DNA of 64,000 bases from an uncultured Halobacteriales archaeon (GTDB taxonomy: Archaea; Halobacteriota; Halobacteria; Halobacteriales; PXRE01): assembly GCA_964435625.1 (NCBI GenBank), contig CAYTAG010000001.1, positions 7,190 to 71,189 of the forward strand, read 5' to 3'. The notes below the pieces were generated by a model, which was given only the letters and a program-made list of their open reading frames with translations, was not told where the DNA came from and made no database searches. This document shows positions 42,371 to 50,933 of this stretch, in pieces. Made by a program: the position numbers and the translations under genes. The stretch's first letter is position 1, and every line of letters begins with the position of its first letter.

Positions 42371-43005
42371 GCCGCACCACCTGCCTCCTCGGCGGTCATG
42401 GCCGCGTCGATGTCCTCGATCAGGGCGACCGGTGGGTGGTCCGGGGCGGTCGGCTCCTCGCCGCAGATGTGGAGCGGATGCGAGCAGGGCCCGCAGTAGG
42501 CGTTGACGCCGCCGTCGACGTGGTAGATGGGCAGGCCCATCACGACGACGGCCTTGCCCCAGCGCCGGCGCTCGCCGTCCTGGTCGGGGCGCTCACAGCA
42601 ACAGCAGTCGACGGTCGCGTCCTCGTCGACGTCGACGTCGACGTACCGGAGCACGCCCCAGGCGCGGAGGCCGCCGACGCGGGCCGACCGATACCGCCGC
42701 AGAAGCCAGCGGCCCCAATTGGCGCCGGCGTAGACGATGACGGCCATGAAGGACCCGGCGACCACGAATTCGAGGCCCGACATGAGAACGCCATACGCCT
42801 GGCTGGTGAACTCTGCGAGATCCGCCAGCGAATGAGTAAAGACGGGCTCACTGGATCCCTGGCCTCGACCCAGGGCAGCCGACTGGAGGACCGAGTCCGT
42901 GACTACGGACGCAACATAGAAACAGACGAGGGCCAGCACTAACCCGGCGGTGAGACGCCACACCATCAGGAAAGCCGCCATCGGCTCTCTCTGGCGGCGC
43001 TTCAC
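42367..43005 (-). CDS. membrane protein with C-terminal Cys cluster
   Basis: TM helices followed by CCCCERPD...CGPCSHPLHIC. Confidence 0.55.
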   Translation of the reverse strand: MKRRQREPMAAFLMVWRLTAGLVLALVCFYVASVVTDSVLQSAALGRGQGSSEPVFTHSLADLAEFTSQAYGVLMSGLEFVVAGSFMAVIVYAGANWGRWLLRRYRSARVGGLRAWGVLRYVDVDVDEDATVDCCCCERPDQDGERRRWGKAVVVMGLPIYHVDGGVNAYCGPCSHPLHICGEEPTAPDHPPVALIEDIDAAMTAEEAGGAA

Positions 43006-43643
43006 GCCGGCTCACCTCCCTCGCCGTCGGTCACGGCGTCGAGGACCTGCCGGGCGCGCTCGGAGGGGTCGTCGCCGGTGATGAACCCTCGGTGCGTGCC
43101 CTGCTCGAACGGCGGCAGGTCCACCGGCGGCATTAGCGGGAGCGCGAGGTCGATCCAGCGCTGTTGGCCGTCGGCTTCGCGCAGGTACCAGTGGGTCGCG
43201 TCCACGTCGTCGACGCCCTCGACGTCGCTCCAGCTGAGGCAGTAGATCTCCGGGTCGCAGTCACGGAGGTGGTAGTAGGCTTCCGCTGCGGGGTAGCACA
43301 GCCCCAGCAGCGGGTCCTCGTCCTCGCCGGTGTCGTACCCGTCCATCTGGAGTTCGGGGTGCTCACGAAGGTACTCGCGGATCTGCAGGGCGTCCTGATC
43401 CGGGACGACCAGGACCCGCTCGGGGAGCACGTAGCCCTCGCCGAGGCAGACCGAGCACCGGCCGTCCTCGTGGATGCAGTGCCCCTTCGCGTGACAGATG
43501 TCGTCGATGCAGCTGAACCCGCGACCGCGACATGACGGGCACCGGCGCTGGCGGTCGCAGTGACACTGCGGCGTGGGCTGGTTGCAGGTCCGGCAAACGT
43601 TGATCAGGTCCCGGGATGGACCCGAGTCGAGGTCAATCGCCAT
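43002..43643 (-). CDS. Cys-rich zinc-finger protein (DnaJ-type CxxCxGxG-like repeat)
   Basis: CRTCNQ...CPSCRGRG...CSVCLGEG. Internal Met preceded by GGAGGTGA. Confidence 0.6.
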   Translation of the reverse strand: MAIDLDSGPSRDLINVCRTCNQPTPQCHCDRQRRCPSCRGRGFSCIDDICHAKGHCIHEDGRCSVCLGEGYVLPERVLVVPDQDALQIREYLREHPELQMDGYDTGEDEDPLLGLCYPAAEAYYHLRDCDPEIYCLSWSDVEGVDDVDATHWYLREADGQQRWIDLALPLMPPVDLPPFEQGTHRGFITGDDPSERARQVLDAVTDGEGGEPA

Positions 43644-44610
43644 CCGGCTCACCTCCCTCGTCAGCCTCCGGGGTGGTGTCAGGATCGCCGTCGGACGCAG
43701 CCGGGAGGGCCTCCGTCGGGTCGTGCCCAGCTTCAATCCGCTCCAAGAGCGCGTCCATGCCCGCTTCGAGTTCGTCGACCTCCTCGGCCATCCGCTCCGT
43801 GGACTGGTCGATCCGGCGTCGGAGGCTGTCGATTTCCCCTCGTAGCGAACCGTAGCGGTCCTGCTGGAACAGCTTCGTGAGCCGCCACGCGAGTTCGAGC
43901 GTCTGGATCTGCTCCTCGTCGAACGAATAGGTGGAGAGGAAGTCGAACCCGGCCTCCTGGAGCGCGTCCCAGTTGTCCGCCTTCCGCCGGAGGCGGTCGA
44001 GGTTCCGGTCGATCTCCCGCTCGGCCACGCCCTCGTCGATGGCCTCCTGGTACCCGCGCGACCGGGCTTCCTCGAGGTCGTCCTTCGTGTAGTTCGACTC
44101 GTCGCCCACGGTCTGTTTGAGGAACCGGACCCAGAACCGGCGGCCGGGCTCGCCCTGCTGGTGTTCGGTAAGCTCCGAGTCCTGGAGCTTGTACAGCTGT
44201 TCGGAGTTGGGCTTGAGTTCCAGGTAGCCCCAGCCGTCGGGGATCTCGGACTCCTCGACGACGCCCTTCGGGGCGACGACGTAGAACTCGTCCGCGAGTC
44301 GGACGAAGTAATCGGCCTTCGTGCCGTCGCGCTTCTCCCGGAGCCAGTCCGACCGACTGGCCTTGAACTCGAACCCGACGACCTTGTAGTTGCGCGAGGG
44401 GAGGGTGTTCACCGCGAGGCAGTCACAGACGCGCCCGTCGCTGCCAGGCGCGCCGTACTCGAACATGAGAACCCACTCGGGGGCGTCGAACCGCCGCCGG
44501 ACAGAGAGCTTGATCTTGCTCGTCACCTCGGCGTCCGACAGTTCGTCGAGCGGCTTCTCGTGAAGCTCCCGCCATCGCTCGTCAACCGCGTCGTCGTCAG
44601 ACCGCGACAT
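43633..44610 (-). CDS. PD-(D/E)xK nuclease-fold protein, MmcB-like, with C-terminal coiled-coil/acidic tail
   Basis: VCDCLAV...VVGFEFKASRSDWLRE...YFVRLADEFYVVAP. Confidence 0.55.
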   Translation of the reverse strand: MSRSDDDAVDERWRELHEKPLDELSDAEVTSKIKLSVRRRFDAPEWVLMFEYGAPGSDGRVCDCLAVNTLPSRNYKVVGFEFKASRSDWLREKRDGTKADYFVRLADEFYVVAPKGVVEESEIPDGWGYLELKPNSEQLYKLQDSELTEHQQGEPGRRFWVRFLKQTVGDESNYTKDDLEEARSRGYQEAIDEGVAEREIDRNLDRLRRKADNWDALQEAGFDFLSTYSFDEEQIQTLELAWRLTKLFQQDRYGSLRGEIDSLRRRIDQSTERMAEEVDELEAGMDALLERIEAGHDPTEALPAASDGDPDTTPEADEGGEPDGD

Positions 44611-45004
44611 CCGTCAGCACCTCCTGAGGATCGGGATCCGTCTCGTCTGTCCGGTACCACTGGATCGACCCGCACTCGGGGCAGGGATGCTCGTGCGCCG
44701 GGTTGACCGGCCGCTCGAACACGAACAGCGCCTCACAGTCCCGGCATCGGCCCACGCCGTCGCCGGGCGCCCCGAGTTGGACCCAGATCGTCGTCCGGGG
44801 ACACGCCGAGAGGTTCTTCGACTCCTCCCGGCGGCCGCAGCCGCGGCACTCGTAGGCCGTCGGTTGCTGGGTGCGGCTGTTCCGCCGGACGACGGCCAGA
44901 TGGTGCCCGTTGACGACGTGGAGCCGCTGGTTGGCTTGCCGGATGGGGTGGTCACCTCCGGCAGTGGCGACGTCGCTCTCCGGCTCAGGCATTGGAGATC
45001 GCAC
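44597..45004 (-). CDS. zinc-ribbon protein
   Basis: CRGCG...CRDC...CPECG. Confidence 0.55.
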   Translation of the reverse strand: MRSPMPEPESDVATAGGDHPIRQANQRLHVVNGHHLAVVRRNSRTQQPTAYECRGCGRREESKNLSACPRTTIWVQLGAPGDGVGRCRDCEALFVFERPVNPAHEHPCPECGSIQWYRTDETDPDPQEVLTDVAV

Positions 45005-45533
45005 CTCCCGTGCCGGTCGACTGGTCCATAACGAGTCGATCCTGGATCTGCTCGATCTGTGTCATGATGAACTCGGCTGCTTGCTGTGGCGTCTCGATTG
45101 CAGGATGGCGGTCGATGATCGCTTCCGCCAGGTCGGTGACGTCGTCCCGCACCTCCTGCCGAAGGTCACGGACTGCGTCCGGCGCCCCCCGGAGGTAGTA
45201 GGCGTCGGCCCGTGACCGGGGCGTTCCCGTAAGGTCGAGGCCCGAAAGCCCGACCCACTCCTCGCAGGTGAAGCAGTACGTGTCCGGCACTTCGACGGTC
45301 ACGTCGGCTTCCATCCCTGGCCCGACGTCCGGGTGGATCGTGATCTGCGAGGTCGTGTCCCGCACGAGGTGGTGGCGATGCTCCTGGAGCGCCCGGCGGC
45401 GCTCGTCGCCGGCGAGCGCCTTCGCACTGTACTCCTCGCGGACCCGGTCGGAGAGCGCCGCGTCGATGGCCTCCTGATCGGGCGGCTCCTGGCCGTGTCC
45501 TGCCGGAACGGTGTCCCTCCCCTCGTCAGACAT
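44985..45533 (-). CDS. hypothetical acidic protein
   Basis: 182-aa ORF. GGAGGTG lies upstream. Confidence 0.55.
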   Translation of the reverse strand: MSDEGRDTVPAGHGQEPPDQEAIDAALSDRVREEYSAKALAGDERRRALQEHRHHLVRDTTSQITIHPDVGPGMEADVTVEVPDTYCFTCEEWVGLSGLDLTGTPRSRADAYYLRGAPDAVRDLRQEVRDDVTDLAEAIIDRHPAIETPQQAAEFIMTQIEQIQDRLVMDQSTGTGGAISNA

Positions 45534-46101
45534 CGGCCGGCACCTCCCAGGAGAGCGACCTCGACCGAATCTCGTCGGGCGAGACGCGCTCCAGCACGTT
45601 CGACGAGGAGTCGAGGTTGAAGGCCAGGGCCTTGTCGTCGGACTCCCGTTCGGCGGGACCGACGACGATCCGGTACTGATCGCCGGACCAGTGCTCGGCG
45701 GTCACGCCGGGCGCCAGGTCCTCGGGTGCGACGCCGATGTCGACGGCCTCGATCCGCTCGACCGCCCCCTGTCGGACCCGGTCCATCTCGTTGCCGTGGT
45801 AGAGGCGCTCGGCCGCCCACAGCGTCCCCCAGCCGTCACGGGGTTCGTAGGTAGCCTCCAGGTCCCAGATGGTCCCGTCGACGTGGACCTCGACGGAGCA
45901 GTAGCCGCCGGGCGGCTCGCCGTCGACGGCGAAGCGGTGGACCGTCCCGCACTGGGGGTCCGCATCCGCGGGTTCGAAGACGACCGTCTCGTCACGGACC
46001 AGGTCCTCGACGAGCGGGTGCGGATCGAGGTGGTCCGCGCAATGGTCAGGCACCGCGACCGCCCCCCTCAAGAGAGTGTAAATCCTTCCAGGTCGGCCCA
46101 C
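45526..46101 (-). CDS. hypothetical protein (start uncertain; GTG at 46053 is possible)
   Basis: 191-aa track ORF. The shorter start reduces the overlap with the upstream gene from 56 to 8 nt. Confidence 0.5.
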   Translation of the reverse strand: MGRPGRIYTLLRGAVAVPDHCADHLDPHPLVEDLVRDETVVFEPADADPQCGTVHRFAVDGEPPGGYCSVEVHVDGTIWDLEATYEPRDGWGTLWAAERLYHGNEMDRVRQGAVERIEAVDIGVAPEDLAPGVTAEHWSGDQYRIVVGPAERESDDKALAFNLDSSSNVLERVSPDEIRSRSLSWEVPADV

Positions 46102-46534
46102 TCACCCGGTCAGTGCGGTCGGATCGACTCCCACCGGAGTCGGCGCCGGCGCCGCCGTCCCCGCCGCAGCGGTCCGCGTCACTCCGGGAGCCGTCACCGT
46201 CGACGTTAACGTCGGCCGCAAGGGCAAGGTCCCGGAGTTCAATCCAATCCAGGCGCTCAACTTCACGGTCGGACCCGATGACCTCGCGGATCGCCGCCAG
46301 TTTCTCCGGGACCGTGCGCGAAGCGGCGTCCTCAATCCCGAGGCCGGCCGCGATGGCCTCCAGGTGGCCGGAGACGAACTCGATTGCCGCCAGCGAGTTC
46401 GAGTTCGACTGCTGGACTCGCTCCCGGAAGTCGGCGCCGAAGCCGAAGTGGTCAGCAATCGCAATCCGAAGGTCAACTGACCGCGCCGAGGCGTCGATGG
46501 TCGATGTCTCGTCGCGGGAGCGACTTGCCGTCAC
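46046..46534 (-). CDS. hypothetical protein
   Basis: 162-aa ORF, coupled. Confidence 0.5.
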   Translation of the reverse strand: MTASRSRDETSTIDASARSVDLRIAIADHFGFGADFRERVQQSNSNSLAAIEFVSGHLEAIAAGLGIEDAASRTVPEKLAAIREVIGSDREVERLDWIELRDLALAADVNVDGDGSRSDADRCGGDGGAGADSGGSRSDRTDRVSGPTWKDLHSLEGGGRGA

Positions 46535-46941
46535 GTCCCACCACCTCGCAGCGAGGACGTCTTGCGACCGATCACGCTGGGGTCGTGCTCGGCCACGTCA
46601 TCGTCGGCTGTATCGTAGAGGAGTTCGAGCGGGAGGTCGACCAGGTCCGTCTCCTGGTCGATGACCCATGCGACCTCCGGGTAGCGCTTCCCGATGGTGG
46701 CCTCGTGACAGTCGGCCGCCGCCGCGACCTGGCCCTGGGTGCGCCGGTCGTTGCTGAGCGTGGCCGCGAGGTAGGTGCAGGCCGCCGCCATCGTCGTGGG
46801 CTTTTTCCCCGAGGCGACGGGGTGCATCGCAACCTCGTCGGCCATGTCCCGGGCGAGGGCCGCCGTCTCGTCGCGGAGGTCCAGGCCGGCCAGGACCTCG
46901 TCGATCACGTCCGCCGCGGTCCGGATCTCGGTCCGGCTCAC
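46531..46941 (-). CDS. TFB/TFIIB cyclin-repeat-like protein (single repeat, no zinc ribbon)
   Basis: GKKPTTMAAACTYLAATLSNDRRTQGQVAAAADCHEATIGKRYPEV. Confidence 0.55.
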   Translation of the reverse strand: MSRTEIRTAADVIDEVLAGLDLRDETAALARDMADEVAMHPVASGKKPTTMAAACTYLAATLSNDRRTQGQVAAAADCHEATIGKRYPEVAWVIDQETDLVDLPLELLYDTADDDVAEHDPSVIGRKTSSLRGGGT

Positions 46942-47297
46942 GGCGAGTCACCTCCCTCGGCCAGGGCCCGACGAGACGCCCGGCGGCGGACATCGAACGC
47001 CATCAGCAAGCGGATCCACGCGATATTGAGCAGGACCACCCCGACCACGCCCACGACGGCGCCGCCGACATACGCCCATCCCACGGTGACCTTGAACCAG
47101 GTGCCTGCCGCCTCGGCCGAGACGCCCTGGAACGACACCGCGATGCCCGCCACGAGGATCGTGACGCCGAGCAGGGCCAGCATCAGCGCGTCCGTCTGCG
47201 CCCAGCTGTAGCGCCGCCACTCCTCGGGGGAGAACGGCGCCGGCGCGGGCGCGGCCTCATCGTCGGAGGGCGCGGGCAGGCGCTCAGGCTCAGCCAT
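46938..47297 (-). CDS. membrane protein
   Basis: Internal Met (MAEPERL) preceded by GGAGGTG. Three TM helices. Confidence 0.5.
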   Translation of the reverse strand: MAEPERLPAPSDDEAAPAPAPFSPEEWRRYSWAQTDALMLALLGVTILVAGIAVSFQGVSAEAAGTWFKVTVGWAYVGGAVVGVVGVVLLNIAWIRLLMAFDVRRRASRRALAEGGDSP

Positions 47298-47550
47298 CGA
47301 TACCACGCACCTCCAATTTCCTCCGGGCTTTCTGCCGGATCTCGTCCGCTCGATCCTCGAGTCCGAGGCTACGCACCTCGTACTCGACACAGAAATCGAG
47401 TGGCGCATCTTCGAGGACGCCCACGACGACATTATAAACGGCGTCCTCCACCAGTTCATCCTCGCTGAAGTCGTCCGGCCAGATCCGCACGCCAGACAGA
47501 TCGTAATGGCCGGCCCGTTCTGGAGGCCCCCCGACGTCCGAATCAGTCAT
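47290..47550 (-). CDS. hypothetical acidic protein
   Basis: Internal Met (MTDSDVGG). 8-nt overlap. Confidence 0.5.
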   Translation of the reverse strand: MTDSDVGGPPERAGHYDLSGVRIWPDDFSEDELVEDAVYNVVVGVLEDAPLDFCVEYEVRSLGLEDRADEIRQKARRKLEVRGIDG

Positions 47551-48040
47551 CGCTACCCCGCTCCTGTTCACGTCCCGTCTCGGGGGCGCGGGCGCTCAGT
47601 CCGTCCCCGACCGGGCCCAGGTCCTCGGGAGGCAACCAGACCGCTCTGTAAATCTCATCGTGGTTCTCGAACGCCGCGATTTCGACACCACCCTCGGCGT
47701 CGGTGAGCGCGATGCCGTACCCGTCGTCGGTCTCGTTGACGACCTCAACGAACTCGCAGTCGCGCTTGAGGGTCCACTGAGATCGCTCTACGTCGGGATA
47801 GTCCGAGGAGCGCCACCGCCGAATCCGCGGTTGCAAGACGGCGACAACGACCACAGCCACGCCGAGGACAACCAATATGGCCAGGAACGGGGCCACCGGA
47901 GGTGGTGACACGGGCCCGACAGGCACCGCCGGCATGGCCAGGTGATACAACCCCGCGATGACGATGATAACTATCGATAGCATGGTCACGGACGCCAGGA
48001 CCGTCCCCGTATCTAACGGCCGTCCTCGGAGCTTAGGCAT
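47543..48040 (-). CDS. membrane protein
   Basis: Internal Met (MPKLRGRP) preceded by GGAGGTGG. Two TM helices. Confidence 0.5.
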   Translation of the reverse strand: MPKLRGRPLDTGTVLASVTMLSIVIIVIAGLYHLAMPAVPVGPVSPPPVAPFLAILVVLGVAVVVVAVLQPRIRRWRSSDYPDVERSQWTLKRDCEFVEVVNETDDGYGIALTDAEGGVEIAAFENHDEIYRAVWLPPEDLGPVGDGLSARAPETGREQERGSDD

Positions 48041-49865
48041 CCGGACCACCTCCCTCGGCGCCGGCACTCGTGGGCCGATCCGAGAACGGCGGGCCGCACA
48101 ACTCGTCGTGCAGATCGTCGATCCGCATCGCGAGGTAGCGGGCCGTGATCGGCTTGACGCCGAGGTGGTCCGCGAGGGCAGCCACCGAGTTGACGTCCGC
48201 GCGGTCGCCGGCGTCAACGACGTCCGCGCGCTCGACATCCTCGGGGACCTCGACGCCGGCGACCGTGTGGGACGCCTCGTCGAGACGGCGTGGAGCGTTG
48301 GTGTCGCGGTTGTTGATGTCGACGTCGACGAACGCAGTGCCGCCGTCCGGTGCCGTGGCCGAGGCGTCGCCGTCCTCGTCGCCGCCCTCCGCAGCGCCGG
48401 CATCGGACTGCTCAGCCGGGTCCGCTTCCGACCCGCCATCGTCGGTCCCCAGCACCTCGTCGACGTTCACGCCCAGGCTACACTCGTCACAGAACTCGCC
48501 GCGGGACGGGACTGCGGCGTCCTCTGAAACCGCCGTGACGTTCGTTTGTTCGTACGTGGTGAGTGGGTCGCACTCCGGGTCCTCGTGGAGCGTCTTCCCA
48601 GTGCCACCGGTGCCGCCTCCTGCCGCCTTGTAGAGCGGGCCGTCGACGACGTCTCCGACGAGCGTGACGTCCCTGGACTCGCTGGTCTCCTGATCCTGGG
48701 AGCCGTACTTCGTGGTGGCGTCTGGGTCAACGTCGTCGGGGATGTCCCGCTCGTCCACCGGCACCGTCTCCGCCCCGTCGGCCTCGTCGTCGTGGCTGTC
48801 GGCGCCGTCGACGTCGACGGCGACACCGGCGCCGCCGTTAGCATCCTCGGTGCCGGCGTCGTCCTGGTCGGCCCGGACCTCGAACTTGTGGGTCCGTTGC
48901 CGAATCGTCGCGTGGGTGACCTCGAACCACTCCGCAGCGGCCCGGAACGTCTCCTCGCGCTCGACCGCCCACGTCACGTGGGTTTCGTCGTCCTCGTCGA
49001 GCGGCGGCTCTGCGGGCGGCTCTGCGTCCTCGTCGACGTCGTCCGGGGCCGGCGCCGGACCGTCGTCGGCATCAGCGAGGCGGTACAGGTTGCGTCGGCG
49101 GTCCTCAGGGTCGGAGCGGGCCTCGACTCGGTCCTCGCGCTGGAGGGCCGACAGCACGTTCCGGTAGTGCGAGGACGACGTCTCCAGGCGCTTCTTGATC
49201 TCGCTGCTCGGAAGCTCCCCTGCCTTGTCGAGGATCGCCAGGATCTCCTCCTCGACCGATGGGTCCTCGACAGCATCGTCCGCGGCTTCGTCCTCAGCCT
49301 CGTCATCGTCCCCGCCGTGTGCCTTCGTCCGATGGATCTTCATCGCGCGCTCGGAGCCGAACGTCTCCTCGCATCCGTCGACGGCACACGGCACCTGGCC
49401 CTCCTCCGCGTCCTGGTTGGACTCCGGTTCTGCGTCCTCCGTCTCGTCGTCCTGCTCGCCGTCCTCCGCGTCGTCGAGTCGGTCGCGGTGCTCGGCCAGG
49501 GACTTGCCCTCGATTTTGGGCGGGTCGGCTTCCTCATCGGCCAGGGGGTCCGGCTCGATCCGCACTGGTCCGTCGGATTTTGTCCCCGCCGCCGGCGACG
49601 GGATCGGCAATTCGGAAGCGTCGGGTACCTGCGCGTTGCGGTCGGACAGAACGTCCCCGAATTGAGGCGTGACCTGCAGACCCTCGTCGCTGATGCCCTC
49701 CGCGGGCACATCGATCAGCAACTCGGCGCGGTGCTGGCCGTCCTGGGCCGGCGAGGCATCGTCGACGAGGCCAGCATCGGCCACGAGACAGCCGGTGCCC
49801 TCCAGGAGGTCCACCACGTCGGCCAGCGCCCGCAGCGCTGCCGCGGTGGAGACGTCGTCGCTCAC
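48033..49865 (-). CDS. large acidic protein with C2H2 zinc finger and wHTH
   Basis: CAVDGCEETFGSERAMKIHRTKAH. ILAILDKAGELPSSEIKKRLETSSSHYRNVLSALQREDRV. Confidence 0.65.
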   Translation of the reverse strand: MSDDVSTAAALRALADVVDLLEGTGCLVADAGLVDDASPAQDGQHRAELLIDVPAEGISDEGLQVTPQFGDVLSDRNAQVPDASELPIPSPAAGTKSDGPVRIEPDPLADEEADPPKIEGKSLAEHRDRLDDAEDGEQDDETEDAEPESNQDAEEGQVPCAVDGCEETFGSERAMKIHRTKAHGGDDDEAEDEAADDAVEDPSVEEEILAILDKAGELPSSEIKKRLETSSSHYRNVLSALQREDRVEARSDPEDRRRNLYRLADADDGPAPAPDDVDEDAEPPAEPPLDEDDETHVTWAVEREETFRAAAEWFEVTHATIRQRTHKFEVRADQDDAGTEDANGGAGVAVDVDGADSHDDEADGAETVPVDERDIPDDVDPDATTKYGSQDQETSESRDVTLVGDVVDGPLYKAAGGGTGGTGKTLHEDPECDPLTTYEQTNVTAVSEDAAVPSRGEFCDECSLGVNVDEVLGTDDGGSEADPAEQSDAGAAEGGDEDGDASATAPDGGTAFVDVDINNRDTNAPRRLDEASHTVAGVEVPEDVERADVVDAGDRADVNSVAALADHLGVKPITARYLAMRIDDLHDELCGPPFSDRPTSAGAEGGGPDA

Positions 49866-50251
49866 GCTTGCTCACCTCCTTCGCGCCGGCCACCAACCGG
49901 CGACGGTCCATTCTCGCGGCCCCCGTTGACGAGGTACTTGTAGTCCTGGTCCTCGCCGGCGAGGACGGGCGACCGCTGGTCGCGCTGGTCGTCCTGGTCC
50001 TGCTCCCCGGCGTCCTCCTGGTCGGCCACACGCGGCGGCCGTTGCCGGCCTTCCGCGAGGGCCCGCCGGTAGCGCTCGACCTCGGCCCGGAGACGGTCGA
50101 CGTCCTCAACGAGGTCGTCGCTCGGGAGGTCCGCCGGGACGATCACGAGCATCCGCCCTCGACTCGTCTCGATGGACACGAGCAGGTGGTCGCCGTGGTT
50201 CTGGTGGACGGCGGCCGGATCGAGGGCGACCTCCGAGTCCTGGGACGACAT
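49862..50251 (-). CDS. hypothetical protein
   Basis: Internal Met (MSSQDSEV) in a TGATG overlap with the upstream stop. Confidence 0.5.
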   Translation of the reverse strand: MSSQDSEVALDPAAVHQNHGDHLLVSIETSRGRMLVIVPADLPSDDLVEDVDRLRAEVERYRRALAEGRQRPPRVADQEDAGEQDQDDQRDQRSPVLAGEDQDYKYLVNGGRENGPSPVGGRREGGEQA

Positions 50252-50628
50252 CAGAAGACCACCCCCACGACCGCGAGACCGGCAACCAGACACAGACTCA
50301 CGATGACAGCAGTGGCCCCAGCAATCCGCATCAGGCGGCTGACGTCTGTCGGGTCAACCTCGTACTTGCGCGACGCCCACTGCGCCGCCAGAGATGCCCC
50401 TAGTTTACCTGACCAGTGAAGGATCAAAAACACGGCCAACAGAACCAGAAGGAGGAACACGGCGCCAGCCGCCGATTCCCAGTTCGACGGGAGCGACCAA
50501 TTAGCCCCATGGCTCTTGATGACCGCGGCAAAGACGGCGGTCGTCATCGCGAGGTTGAGCGAGAGGAGGCTGAGGACCGCCACCAGGCGGAAATCGAACT
50601 TCGGCCAGACCGACGAGTCGTCCGTCAA
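50251..50628 (-). CDS. membrane protein
   Basis: 125 aa, four TM helices. The C-terminus, AVVGVVF, is shared with the next gene. Confidence 0.5.
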   Translation of the reverse strand: MTDDSSVWPKFDFRLVAVLSLLSLNLAMTTAVFAAVIKSHGANWSLPSNWESAAGAVFLLLVLLAVFLILHWSGKLGASLAAQWASRKYEVDPTDVSRLMRIAGATAVIVSLCLVAGLAVVGVVF

Positions 50629-50933
50629 AACACCACCCCCACGACCGCGAGGACGAGCAGGATGAACACGACCACGCCGAGGACCGCGGCGACGCGTGGG
50701 CTCATCTCGATGGTGTCGGAGCCGACGCGAAACGCCGTGGGTTCGACCGACCGCTCGACGGGCCGGAGATGCACGCCGTCGAGGCGGTCCGCATCGAGCG
50801 GATCACCGCACGACACGTTGAGGGCAGCGCCTTGCTGAAGCGACTCCAGGTCGAAGTCGTCGACGTCGATTTCGAGTTCGTAGTAGGCTCCTTCGTCGTC
50901 GTCGCTGACGTCGACGACCGACAGGGACGTCAC
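50625..50933 (-). CDS. tail-anchored protein
   Basis: 102 aa. Acidic N-terminal domain with a C-terminal TM ending AVVGVVF. Confidence 0.5.
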   Translation of the reverse strand: MTSLSVVDVSDDDEGAYYELEIDVDDFDLESLQQGAALNVSCGDPLDADRLDGVHLRPVERSVEPTAFRVGSDTIEMSPRVAAVLGVVVFILLVLAVVGVVF

